Assembly (NCBI RefSeq): GCF_963921235.1
Contig: NC_086108.1
Coordinates: forward strand, 18,786,001-18,850,000
Length of the DNA stretch: 64,000 bases
Direction: 5' to 3'
Source: Mobula hypostoma
Lineage: Eukaryota
A program made the translations under genes and the position numbers. The notes beneath the pieces were generated by a model. The model was not told where the DNA came from. It saw nothing but the letters and a program-made list of their open reading frames with translations, and did not search any database. Positions 52,265 to 64,000 of this stretch are shown here, one piece after another. Each line of letters starts with the position of its first letter. The first letter of the stretch is position 1.

Positions 52265-52699
52265 GGCAAGTTGGAAGACTGGGCATTACTCAGGTCTGAA
52301 GACAGTGAACTGAGGAGAGAGAAGAATATGCAACAGAGAAGCTTCAACCAGCACGCTACCTTATTCTCTGATCGCTCAGAACGAGTTGCCTTGTGATCCC
52401 AGTGGAGCATCAGTGATGGTTAGTTATGAAGATTTGCTACAGACAAGTTCCAATGGGACACCAGAGACTGTCCTGCAGTGTGTCAGAACAATGGCAGCAT
52501 TACAGTCCCCTATCCAAGGAAATTCTGGAGAAGCTCTGAAATATTATTAAAAGTCCTGGAACTGAAGTTTGAGACCATCTCCAGCAGAACAGCAGGTTTA
52601 GAGTTATCTTCTGCAGAAAGGAAACTCGTGTATTTATGTAGCACCTTCTGATCTTCAGGATCTCCAAGAGGAGTCTAATAATGATTAGAGTGCCCATTG

Positions 52700-52870
52700 C
52701 TATGATTCTGGCTGAGGGCTATATGTTAACATAGACATCTGGATAACTCCCTGTTCTTCCTTATGATGGTAACAAGTCAATGTGAGAGAGCAGCTGGGGC
52801 TTTATTTTTAGACTTTACTTAATAACCAGTATCTCTGACAAAGCAGCACCTCCTCAGTATCACACTGGAA
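52700..52870 (-). mobile_element. SacSINE/DeuSINE-like relic (also at about 34830-34930 and 55935-56125)
   Basis: ctctgacaaagcagcacctcctcagtatcacactgg resembles the reverse SacSINE1 body; recognised from memory. Confidence 0.5.
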
Positions 52871-54994
52871 GTTCAGTCTAGTTCACTAACCTTCCGAATC
52901 TGCTGTTGAACCCCTTGGGCTGAGGTCAAGCCTCCCAGACCCTGTCCAGCTCTCCAGCGTGGGAGGTAAGAGTGTGATTCCATTCCCGGGTTCCTTGGAG
53001 AGCTGTTACCTTCGCCAATGTAGTTCTTCAAAGCTATTAGAACAATCTTTACAAGATTGGCCTCCAACAGTTCACCAAGCTGAGTTCTCACATCCAGACA
53101 GAATTACGCATCCTTTCAAATGATGATCTGCTTTTATTTGTTTCCCTTTTTTTTGGTTATCTGATGGCTGCTGAACCTCCTGCTTGAGTGAGAAAGAGAA
53201 AAGGCAGTTTTAATTACATTAGGCAGAGTCTTCTGCAACAACCTTCCACCCCATCCTTGGCCTCCTCCAAGGAATAGCCACAAAGCCTGCCTTCACTGGT
53301 GCTGACTTGTTAAGGCATTCAATTTGAAAGCAGCTTGTATCAATTTATCTTTAATTAGGGAGACAGTCCTTCTGAGCTTCAAAAGGGAACAGAGGAGATG
53401 ACATTATCTGGCAAACTTCAAGAGAGAAGGCACAGAGGACTAATAAAGGCCTAAATTTGTATAATCATAGACTTAATAATCACAGTAGTTCCCCTTGAGG
53501 TATGAAAGACCCCACTCACCAGCTGAAAAGTCTGTCAGACGAGCCACCTTATTAAGATACCAAAACGTGCACAGAGAGGGGTTTATGTATATACGAGGTT
53601 TAGCTGAAATGTCAATCTGTCATTCCTCAAAGCCCTGTTTTTTATTGCTTCTCTGTGCACTGCCAGTCCCTGGCCCTGATGTGGCCTTACACATTCCCTC
53701 TTTATTAAAACATTTGGACTCGAATAGCAGACCATAAGCTTTCCCATTTATTTGTGTCTTCTCTTCCCCCACCCCTGCTGATTTGAAATTTAGAAAAGAA
53801 GGCAACGACTTCCTCTTGCATGTCTCCCACATTTCCTCTTTCCTTTTAACTTTCGCAGGTGAATGGACAATATCATCTCACCTGCTACTGGGGCTTCAGC
53901 CTCTAGTCCATGCCCAGATCAGTAGTACTGGGACTGTTGCACTCTCTAACATTTCTTCATACGACAGGTTAACACTAGTCAGAGAACCTGTATTTTAGAA
54001 GAGACTTCCATGAATCCATTGCACCGAAAAGCACCATGAAAAGCCAGCAGACAATATTTTCACCAATTTTCTCAATCGGAAACCCTAGCTCTCAACATGC
54101 ACTCAGCAAGATTCCACTGACTACAAATTAATCACACGTGAGAGAGTCTGAGCCACTTGCACTCAAGGGAGGATGAATTTCAGACTCTTGTTGTGATTTT
54201 ACATGGAATATTGGACATCTTTGTCCAGACAATACCAGGAATCCAAGGAAAAGGAGGAAACGTGAGTGGCATTGACACATTTCAATAGGTTGTATTGAAC
54301 TAATGAAACAAGGGAAAGAGGGAAAGGTGTGTCCCAATTGTATTTATTGTGTATATCATCAATAAAATTGACTGTTGAAAGGCAAAAGATAACATCAAGT
54401 TAGATTCTGTCTGACATTCATGTTTAAATATTAGATTCTTTCATGGTATAGAGTCATATATACTTGCACTGTAAGAGCCAAAAGAAAACCAATTTACCCT
54501 ACTCAACACTCTCTTCCCTTAATCCTGCTAATTATTTCCATTCAGTTCCCTCCTAAAAAGCAGCAATGTGTTTCTACCACACAGGTCTCAGGGAGAGCAT
54601 CCCAGATCCTAATTTCACAGAGTAAAAATATATTTTGTCAACTTACTTCAGGCTAAAAAAATGTGACTCTCAGCCTATTTTCTCCACACAGACACTGAGA
54701 GTGGTCCTACTATTCACTCTCCCACCTGTCTGTCAACGAATGTGTTTACCTTTTAAAAATCCCATCACCTGGGTGCTCAGGGATTCTACAAGTATAAAGT
54801 AACCTGCCACACAACACCCAGGACATACATAACCCTCCCACAAATTCTTGATAGCCACAGGTGTAAACTTGACCATTATCATGGGATCCTAAATGTACAT
54901 TGAGAGCAGACTTTGGTTTTATGACAGGGCAAAGTTCAAAAGAAGCTGGAGCTTATTGATTGTTGGAGTGAAGATGGCAGTCGCCATAGTAAGG

Positions 54995-55240
54995 GGTTAG
55001 ACCGTAAGATATAGGAGCAGAATTATGCTATTTGACCCATCGTGCCTGCTCCGCCATTTCATTATGGCTGATCTATTTTCCCTCTCAGCCCCAACCTTCT
55101 GACTTCTCCTCATATCCCTCCTTACCCTGACCAATCAAGAATCTATCAACCTCTGCTAAAATATACACAGGTTTCCACAGTGCCTGTGGCAATGAATTCC
55201 ACATGCTCACCACTCTTTGGCTAAAGAAATTCCTCCTTAT
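54995..55240 (-). mobile_element. CR1 3' fragment
   Basis: agaccgtaagatataggagcagaatt tail. Confidence 0.85.
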
Positions 55241-56769
55241 CTGCCATTAATGCATGTTAGAATGGGTGCTGATATTCCCATGAACAGTCTATTGGGTGCT
55301 GGTTTATATACTGATAATTCTCCATTGTTAATTGTTGATTGGATCGATGACAGTCACCATGATACGGGAGAAAATACAGTTTGTTTTCAAGGGGGAATGC
55401 AAGAGTTATGGACCTTGACTGCAGTCCATGCTGTAATTTGTTTTAAGTGCAAGTGCACAGATCCTATTAGTTGGAGATAATGAACAGAGTCTCTTTAATG
55501 GGTATTGGATCCAATGTGTTGAACGTGCATGCTACAAGAGATGCATAAGGTATTACATATGAGAACCTGCCTCCTGCTGAGGCTCTTCAGGACTGAACAG
55601 TTTCCACAGGTTTTGGGGAGGGTCAGGAGAGTCTGAGAGCCTCTACTGGGTAGATCTAATAAGCAACTACACTATGGGGCACAGATCATTAATAGATTGT
55701 ATATTGTCCTTCCAAGCCAGGCCATAAACCAATTATTGACCAGATAAATTCAAGATCCCAATAAACTGATTAATCATCAGAAAGACCAAATAGGAAGAAG
55801 GATGGATTTTTATTGCTAATTTGAGGATTTTCCCCAAAAAACATTCAATCAATGAAATGCTTTTTGTACATTTGTCATTACGGTGTAGGAAACATTCCAT
55901 CCAATTTGTGTCACATGAGGTCAATGAGATAATGAACAGATTTTCCTTAATTCTGATGTTGAAGGGTAAATATTGACCTGGATAGCAGAAGAGCTCCTTG
56001 ACTTCTTCACTGCAACTTGATCTTCCATTGCCAGTTAGAGGAATATGGATTTAACATCTCTCTCACTCAAAGCTCTGTCACACTCAAGTACTGCATCAAA
56101 ATGCCAGATGAGATTTCTTTCCAAGTGCCACCAGGACAAGGCTGGTGAAGGCATAGGGTTGTGGATGGACGAGGAGGAGGGAAACAGAGTAGAACCACAA
56201 TTTTCAGTCTAGGAGGAATGTGAGTGTGATGTCTTGCCAGGTCTATAACTGTGAGGGAAATGAACACTTGAGCAGTGAGTTTTAAGTGGAGTTGAATAGA
56301 AAATGGAATCACTAACTCACAAAGCCAATAAGCATATCTTTCTTTTGTCCTGTATCAAATAAGCTCTAGTTTTGTTGACTTGATCTATTGTTGGGTAAAC
56401 ATTGGAACTGATTATAGACATATTTGTGAGGTTCTGTCCTGCAAGTTCCAAAGTAAGTCTGTCAGGCTTGGATTAAATTCTTGTCTCTTTCAAGATCATT
56501 GCTTCACAGTTCAGCCCACTTCTTCACTAACACGCTAACCCACATGGACTGGTTCTATTGTACATCTTCAATTATCACAACTCCACCACACGTAACTGTT
56601 CCTTTAGCAGTCATGGCCCCCAGCTCCAGAATTCTTCCCAAATACACTGTGTCTTTGAGATGTTCCTTCAAACTCTTTTTCTTAGGCAAGATTTGGATTG
56701 CTGTCTTTCTCTGATGTGCTTCAAAAATTAATGAGTATTTGAATTTTAATTCACAAGGCATGATTGTAG

Positions 56770-57340
56770 CAACCTTGGAATATACTGTAAATATATTGAA
56801 TATAAGCACATGGTGTACAAGTGGTGTACACATGGTCTACATATACTTGTGGATTATCTGCACACTGAAACTGTACATACATTTAATGAAATATATAGAA
56901 GTTCAAAATGTTGATGGAAAATTTAGTAGAATAAATGGGTACTGAGTTATAGAAATCATGGAGCAAATAATACTGAATATATAGACATCTGAAAATATAT
57001 AAATGCTGGAATATACAGATAGTGGAATGCTTTAGATGATGAAATACACAAATATTGGAATAACATACTCTGCAATCTCTTGTCACTGGAATGTTTGGAG
57101 CTCAGAGCGGATGGACTCCAATAAATAGTTGCTAAAAATGTAGACACCAAAGTACATTGAAATGTATAGACAATTAAAGATTATATGACACCTGGAGAGT
57201 GTGAATGTTGAATTATAGATATTGAATATCTACAGACATTGAAACATGCAGCAATTGAATTTTATATTAATAATATCGATAATGGAAGCTGTGTTGAAGT
57301 CTGATGCATATCCATAACTAAAAATATGAAGGCAATGATG
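56770..57340. repeat. AT-rich degenerate tandem repeat
   Basis: Recurrent tgaaatatatagacat-like units. Confidence 0.55.
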
Positions 57341-57384
57341 TAAATGTAAAGTCTTTACTGATTTAAGCACAACTGCAGCAAGAT

Positions 57385-57680
57385 TGGATGAGACTACAAC
57401 TAGAAGTCATGGATGAAAGACTTAAGCAGAACATGAGGGGAAACTTTTTCACTCAGAGGGTCGTGAGGATATTGAATGAGCTGTCAGCACAAGTGATGGA
57501 TGTTATTTTGATTTCAACGTTAAAGAGAAGTTTGTTACGTACATGGGTGAAGTGGTATGGAGGGCTATTCGCTTGGAAAAGGTTGATGGGAGCAGGCAGT
57601 TTAATTAGTTTGCCACAGACTAGATGGCCAGAATGGCCCATTTCTGTGTTGTAGTTTTTCATGATTCTATGACTCTAAGA
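57385..57680 (+). mobile_element. CR1 3' fragment
   Basis: MRGNFFTQRVVRILNELS. Confidence 0.8.
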
Positions 57681-58989
57681 TTAATGAAGAATTAAGCTGT
57701 GTATGAATGAGTAAGCTGTGTGGATGCCAGGATGAAGTGTGCCAGGTTAACAGGCCTTACGGGGATGGTCAGGTTTCCGAAAATGTTGAAATCTGATTTA
57801 TCAGACTGAAGTTATATAAGCATTAGTTAAGGAATTTGTATAATGGGGCAGATTTTTGCTGGAAAGTTTATGGCATGGGAAGAAAACTGTGAAGGGAAGA
57901 AGATTTCCTCATGCCTCAGTTAATGGGAGTAATTGCTGTGCAGAGAACAGTGTTTTAATGGAACAAGAGTAGGTCATTACCAAAATGTAGATCATGACCT
58001 GACGAGGACATTGAACGTACAACAAAACTTTGATAATCTGATATCAGAAATGTCAATAGTTTGGCACCTGTCTCGCTGCAGCCCTCTTTCCTCAACTGCC
58101 TTTAAACTCACTGTAGCCCCATTTCCCATATACCCTTTAAACTCGCCAGGGCCCTGTTTCTCACACTCCCCTTAAATTCACTGGGGCTTTGTTTCCAAAT
58201 CTCCCTTTAAACTCGGTGGTGGGGGGGGAGAAGTCTTACAGTCCCTTTAAACATCTCCAATACACTGAAAATTTGATTATACTGCTGAGTAAGATCTTAA
58301 AAAGAAAGCAAAATAAATGTGTGTAACAATATTAATTACAGAAACACCAATTACTGGCTGACCCCAGGTTATGAAAGTTAAATTTACAGGCACCCCAAAA
58401 TATAAATGAGCTCCCATAATATTATTAAATTCAAAAGTCTGACATTCATAATACATTAGTTCCCATAAAAGCTACAACTAGTTTCCTTTCTCTCTCTTCT
58501 TATAGTAGTTGTCCTTTTATATCAGTCTAATGTGTTTTTGATGCGATTCATGTTGATGTGTGTTTTCCAACCTAATGGCCAAATCAATTCAAGGATATCT
58601 GAAAAAGCAGAACTGTTTGTTGCCCAGGGATGGCCTGTAGTCCAGAATTTCTGCTAGTTCACCACCACTGAAGTCCTGAGGAGGCCAGGTAATCAGGGTT
58701 TGATTGTTTTGTGCTTGGACCTTTTGTAAAGCCCTTTGTAGTGATCATAAGCAACACAATAGCACTGTGGAATAACTATTAGCTAGCTGGGAAAAAATAG
58801 TAGGACTGTGAAAAGAACATTTCAGCTGACTGGGAATTCTTTGAAACAAGAGATAATGGTTCCTTCTTGTAGCTCTGGGAGCTCTGCTGTCCATCGTCAT
58901 CTCAACAAAAAGCAATTTGGGAATATTTTGGAAAGGAAACTGAATTTATAATTCATATTCAAAGCTGTCATCTTGGAGAAAGATGAATA

Positions 58990-59132
58990 AGTGGCTTCCA
59001 AAGTATCTGAGGAGAGAAATATTGGAACACAGAGTTAGGGATTGTTCTGAGGGAGGCAAATGTTGGAAAACAGAGTTAGGAATTGTTCTAAAGGAGGGAA
59101 ATGTTAGAAAGCAGAGTTAGAAACTGTTCTGA
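58990..59132. repeat. ~40-bp tandem repeat (about 3 copies)
   Basis: aaatgttggaaaacagagttaggaattgttct-like units. Confidence 0.7.
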
Positions 59133-59924
59133 AATGGATTCCATTAGTTGGGACACATTGGAATCAGTACATTTTGATCCAATTAAGCATCTGCCCCATT
59201 TTGCTGAAGTTCCATGGAAATAGTTGAAAAAGTATAAAAAAGACAAACTACTGTCTGAGAGTCTTTATAGGAACTGAGACAGAGAGGAAACAATTTAGTC
59301 CAGGTAGCAGAGTTAGTGGAGACAGCAATGGGTGAAACAAAGTGAATATCCTTAATAGCATAAAATAATGGCAGAGTTGAGATTGGATAACGTTCTTTGC
59401 CTGTGTTAAATTGGCTGAATGGCAAGAAGTACACTCCACTTGCAGCATTCAGAAGGGTAGCCAATTACTTTCAGGTTTATTGGGGTTGAGTTTGAGAAGA
59501 CCTTATTGTGTTCAATGGAGAAAAGCACGGGAGCTGCAAAGGTCACACAGGCTTGTTCCTATGGGAACAATGGGAGGTTTTCTGTTGGTTTTGGATATCT
59601 GACCAGAAGAAAGGGTTAAATGCTAGATAAAGGTGAGCAAAGGAGGAAGGGAGAAGGATCCTGACCATCTCGAACAATCATGCCTGGGCCTTTACTGAGT
59701 GTTCCTATCTTTGCTTCTGAGAAGCAATGCAATTGCTTCCCTTCAACCATCTTGAATCAATCTACAGAACCCTAATCACTATCTCAGTATAAACACACTG
59801 TGACCACTTCGATCACTTTACACAACAATGTACTTGGTTTTATTTTGATCCAATTGTGTTCTTTCTTGTACAATTTTGACAATTTATGCTTAATTCGGGC
59901 TTATTCATTGTACATATGCATACA

Positions 59925-61205
59925 TACATAGAACATTTACAGTACATTACAAACCCTTCAGCCCATAATGTTGATCTTTTCTGCCTACTCTATGATCAAC
60001 CTAATCTTTCCTTCCCACATGCCCTTCATTGTTCTTTCAACCAGGTGCTTATCTAAGAGTCTCTTAAATGTCAGTAATGTATCTGTCTCTACCAACACCC
60101 CTGGCAGTGCATTCCAGGCACCCACCACTCTGTGTAATAAAAACCTAAATCTGACTCCTCCCCCATACTTTCCCCCAATCACCTTAAAAATATGTCCTCT
60201 CAAACAAGGGTAAAGGCACTGGCTGTGCACTCTATTAATGCCTCTTATCTTCCTTATCAGTACACCTCTATCCAATCTCCTTATACTTCCTTCGCTTCAA
60301 AGAAAAAGCCCTTGCTTGCTCATATTGTCTAATCCAGCCAGCATCCTGGTAAGTCTTCTCTCTGAAGCTTCCAATTCCTTCCTACAATAAGGAGACCAGA
60401 ACCGAACACAATATTCCAATATTCTAACCAGAGTTTTATAGAGCTGCAACATTACCTTGCTGCTCTTGAACTCAATCCCTCATCTTAACAAAGGGCAACA
60501 CTCCATATGCCTTCTTAACCACCCTATCAAGTTGTGCAGCAACTTTGAGGAATCTAGGGTACTTGGACCCCAAGATCCTGATGTTCCACCACACTGGTAA
60601 GAATCTTTCCTTTAACTTTGTACTCTGCCATCAAGTTCAACCTTCCAAAGTGCTTTCTGGCTTGAATTTCATCTGTCACTTCTCAGCCCAGCTCTGCATT
60701 CTATCAATGCCTTGTTGTAACCTATAAAAAAAACCTACGACACTATCCACAACACCACCAGCCTTTACGTCATCTACAAACTTATTAACCCAACGTTTGC
60801 GCAAGAGATTCTATAGATGCTGGAAATCCAGATAAACACACACAACATTCTGGAGAAATTCAGCAGGTCAGGCAGCAACTATGGAACAGAATAAACTGTC
60901 AGCATTTTGGGCTGAGTCACCGTTCCACTTCTTCATCTAAGTCATTTATAAAAATCATTGTGTCCAGAACAAATCTTTGCAGAACGCCAGTAGCCATGTA
61001 CCTCCAGGGAGAATACACTCCACCTACTTGCAACCTATGCCATCTTTTGCCAAGCCAATTTTAAATAAAAAAGCAGCCAAGTTTCCCTAGATCCTAGGCC
61101 TCCTGACTTTTTCAATGAGTCTACAATGGAGAACCTTGTCAAATGCCTTACTAAAATCCATATACACTACACCCACCACTCTACCTTCATCAATTTGTTT
61201 TGATG
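59925..61205 (-). mobile_element. CR1 RT/3' fragment with an inserted PLE terminal relic (about 60800-60915)
   Basis: [22 protein letters not shown] (ORF 61087) and 3' tail at about 59925. Confidence 0.85.
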
Positions 61206-61680
61206 ATACATGTACTTGTGCATATGACAATAAACTCAGCTTTGACTTTATGTCCCAACAGTAAGTGATCACTGAGCATTGCAGACAGAACTCAAACCTG
61301 GCACTCATGCCTCTGGACCTGAGGACCTTAGAAGAACTGAGCCACTTCACCTTGAGGTCATTCAGGGTGTGCCTTCTGATCTCTCGCATCCTTTGCAGAG
61401 TCTAACTCGTTGCTGCATTCACAACATTCCATTGATGAAGTAGAGGAGTAATCTTTTCCTACAATGGAGAACATTGAGCCTGGGTTCATAGGCTTATGAT
61501 AGCATGTAATGTATGGGTTCCACGCATGAGAAGTGGGCTGCTCATGGACAAGACAGATTGGTACACACAGACTGTTTAAGAGCTGCACAACCACCATGAA
61601 GGTGCTTGTGGCAGATCTTAGTCTTCCAGGACACCCTCACTTGAAGCAGTTTTGGAAGTTCAACTCTTAACAACTGGAAG

Positions 61681-63180
61681 TGTGGTGATATGACATGTCA
61701 GAATGTGATTGGAAAGAGTTCTGAGCATGCACAGAAATGTTAGAATAATCTAGAACATGGCTTGGTAAGAACGTGGTTTGGTTTTGTTGCTGTAAGTAGA
61801 AGTTCTAATTCTTCCAGAATATGATTCTTTATTGTTAACCCATGGTACGTATAAAAATAAGAACACAACATGGTGTTAGAAGTGGGTCTGGAAGACAACA
61901 TGGTGTCAGAAGTCGTTCTGGAAGAATAATCCATTACCTAACACGGGAGAATCGAAGATAATCGAAAAGAGTTTGAACTGTTTTGGTGCGCTAACAGTTT
62001 TACAAGTGGAAGGGCTGCAACCTCCACCAACACTTCAATTGTCTGGGAATGTAGCTGAGAACTGGAGAAAATTTAAACAGGGTTTTGAATTGTTTTTATT
62101 GGCGGTCGAAGCTGATGAAAAACCGGAAAAAATGAAAGTTGCGCCATGTAATAGGTGACAACGCAATTGAGGTATATAATCACTTTATTTTTGAAAATGG
62201 AGATAATTTAAAGCTGGAATCCATAATGGACAAATTTGAAGCATTTTGTATACCGAAGTGTAATGTGACGTATGAAAAGCACAAATTTTTTACATGTGCG
62301 CAGAGATCTGCTGAAACAATTGATCAATATGTTACTGAATTGAGACATCGGAGTAAAACATGTGAGTTTGCAGAACTGACAGACTCTCTCATTAAAGACA
62401 GAATTGATTATGGCATTCGGGATAATGGTTTGAGAGAAAGACTGTTATGAGAACAAGACTTAGATTCGGAAAAAGCTTTGATGCTCTGCAAAGCTTTGGA
62501 AACCACGATGTCGCAGGCTACAGAACTTTTCATTGAAAGCTACAACATAGATGCTGTAAAAAAACGCAAACATATTAGAAAAAATAATAAAATGACAACA
62601 AAACCGACAGAAAGCAAGACGTTATCTGAGAGAAAAAAGCTATGTGATCGCTGTAGGCGGTAGCATCAGCCAAAATAGTGTCCAGCGTATGGGAAAATGT
62701 GCAACGACTGTGGTAAGAGTTACCATTTTTCACGCTGTTGCAGAAATAGAAAGAATATAAAACAAGTAAATGCAGTGCTTGAAAATGAACTTGAGGAGTT
62801 TTATATAGATGTGTTTTGTGAAAACAAAGTAGGAATGACTGGACTATTCCATTGCAAGTGAACCAAAACAATATTCTGTTTAAACTTGATACTGGAGCAC
62901 AAGTAAATGTTCTTGCAGAATCTGAGTTTAATGCATTAAAGCCAAGACCAAAGTTACAAAAGACAAATATAAAAGTGGCTGGGTATTCAGGTGCAGACAT
63001 TCCAGTTAAAGGAACATGTGTGGCAAAAGTATCACACAAAAATATTGTGCACACGCTTTCATTTGTGGGGGTGCCAAAGAATGCACAGTCAATACTGGGT
63101 CTATCTGCCTGTGAGAGACTGAATTTGGTGAAAAGAGTAGTAGTCCTGGTCAGTGACACAGAGTCAGAATACAATGACAG
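61681..63180 (+). mobile_element. Gypsy/Ty3 LTR retrotransposon 5' half (LTR, PBS, gag, protease), degenerate
   Basis: LTR ends ...acacaaca at 61870 (start uncertain); PBS TGGTGTYAGAAGT; gag GNVAENWRKFKQ and YEKHKFFT..Q...ETIDQYVTELR; CCHC-like CPAYGKMCNDCGKSYHF; protease FKLDTGAQVNVL. Confidence 0.92.
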
Positions 63181-63236
63181 AATGGAATGGCTTGAAGTCA
63201 TAAAGAAAGCTCCCAGACCCATCCCTTCATCACCAG

Positions 63237-63345
63237 TGTTATGAGAAACGCAGGCTCGTACTGTGAGTGTTACTTTAAGAGCGCCTGAGTGAGGTGGGAC
63301 AATGACATTAGTCACAGGCTGTGGCAGCCTGCTGTGGACTTAAAC

Positions 63346-63381
<36 letters not shown>

Positions 63382-63978
63382 GACAAGCTGTTAGAACTTC
63401 AGCTTGTCACTGCTATGGTGACCAAATAGTTGGGTTGATTATCGGCACGTAGTGCACAAACGATGTGTGACTGTCACTTAATCCATATGTGTGGATTTGT
63501 TGGAGTATCCTGTGGTACCACTTTTGTTGGCCCTTTACCTGGAATCGGGGTGTGGTGGTAACCACTTGAAGACAATACTCCTGTGACGGTCACCTGGTGA
63601 TATTTCTAAGTGGATTTCGGAACAGCTCGACAGACAGGATCTTCGATGACGGTTATTTCATTTACCCAGAGGGAATTCGTGGAATTCCCTCATAATCGCC
63701 TACTCTCTCCATTATATCCTGGATTACAAATCTCTCCCGTCACTCATTTATTTCGTGGATTACTGAATTTTATTAACTTGCCATCTTAAGACTTTAAGAA
63801 TTGTTCCCAAACTTGATAGTTTGGGAGCTACATATACACACACATATATATGCATAACACTGTTAACTTCTGTTTACTTTGTTTAAGTTACTATATTTTA
63901 AGTAGATACTAATAAAGATAGTGGTTTTAACATTAAAACCTAACTCAGTGTACAATCTATTGCTGCTGGTACGTAACA
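63237..63978 (+). mobile_element. Solo LTR (742 bp)
   Basis: TGTTATG...CGTAACA termini; 4-bp TSD CCAG (63233-63236 and 63979-63982); AATAAA at 63911; internal (GA)n. Confidence 0.9.
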
Positions 63979-64000
63979 CCAGCATCTGACAAAGCATTGC

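Overview
Eukaryotic, repeat-dense DNA. The repeat spectrum points to a cartilaginous fish, probably a ray or skate (inference): many CR1 LINEs, HE1/V-SINE and SacSINE/Deu-type SINE relics, Rex1/Babar tails and Penelope-like elements (PLE). Most of the window is transposon-derived. It includes a complete IR/DR Tc1 (DD34E) element interrupted by a young GIY-YIG PLE that carries a minimal hammerhead ribozyme motif, PIF/Harbinger relics, compound Tc1-type MITEs, a Gypsy 5' half with a duplicated tRNA-Leu PBS, a solo LTR and several nested insertions. The main non-repeat signal is a candidate three-exon minus-strand gene (52264-52071, 41775-41515, 34012-33709; about 252 aa). It has matching splice phases, and exons 2-3 show the motif spacing of the SMAD MH2 / IRF-association (IAD) fold with no intact DNA-binding domain visible. 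That homology was judged by eye and needs profile or structure confirmation. Boundaries of old repeats are approximate, and reference sequences quoted for comparison are recalled from memory.
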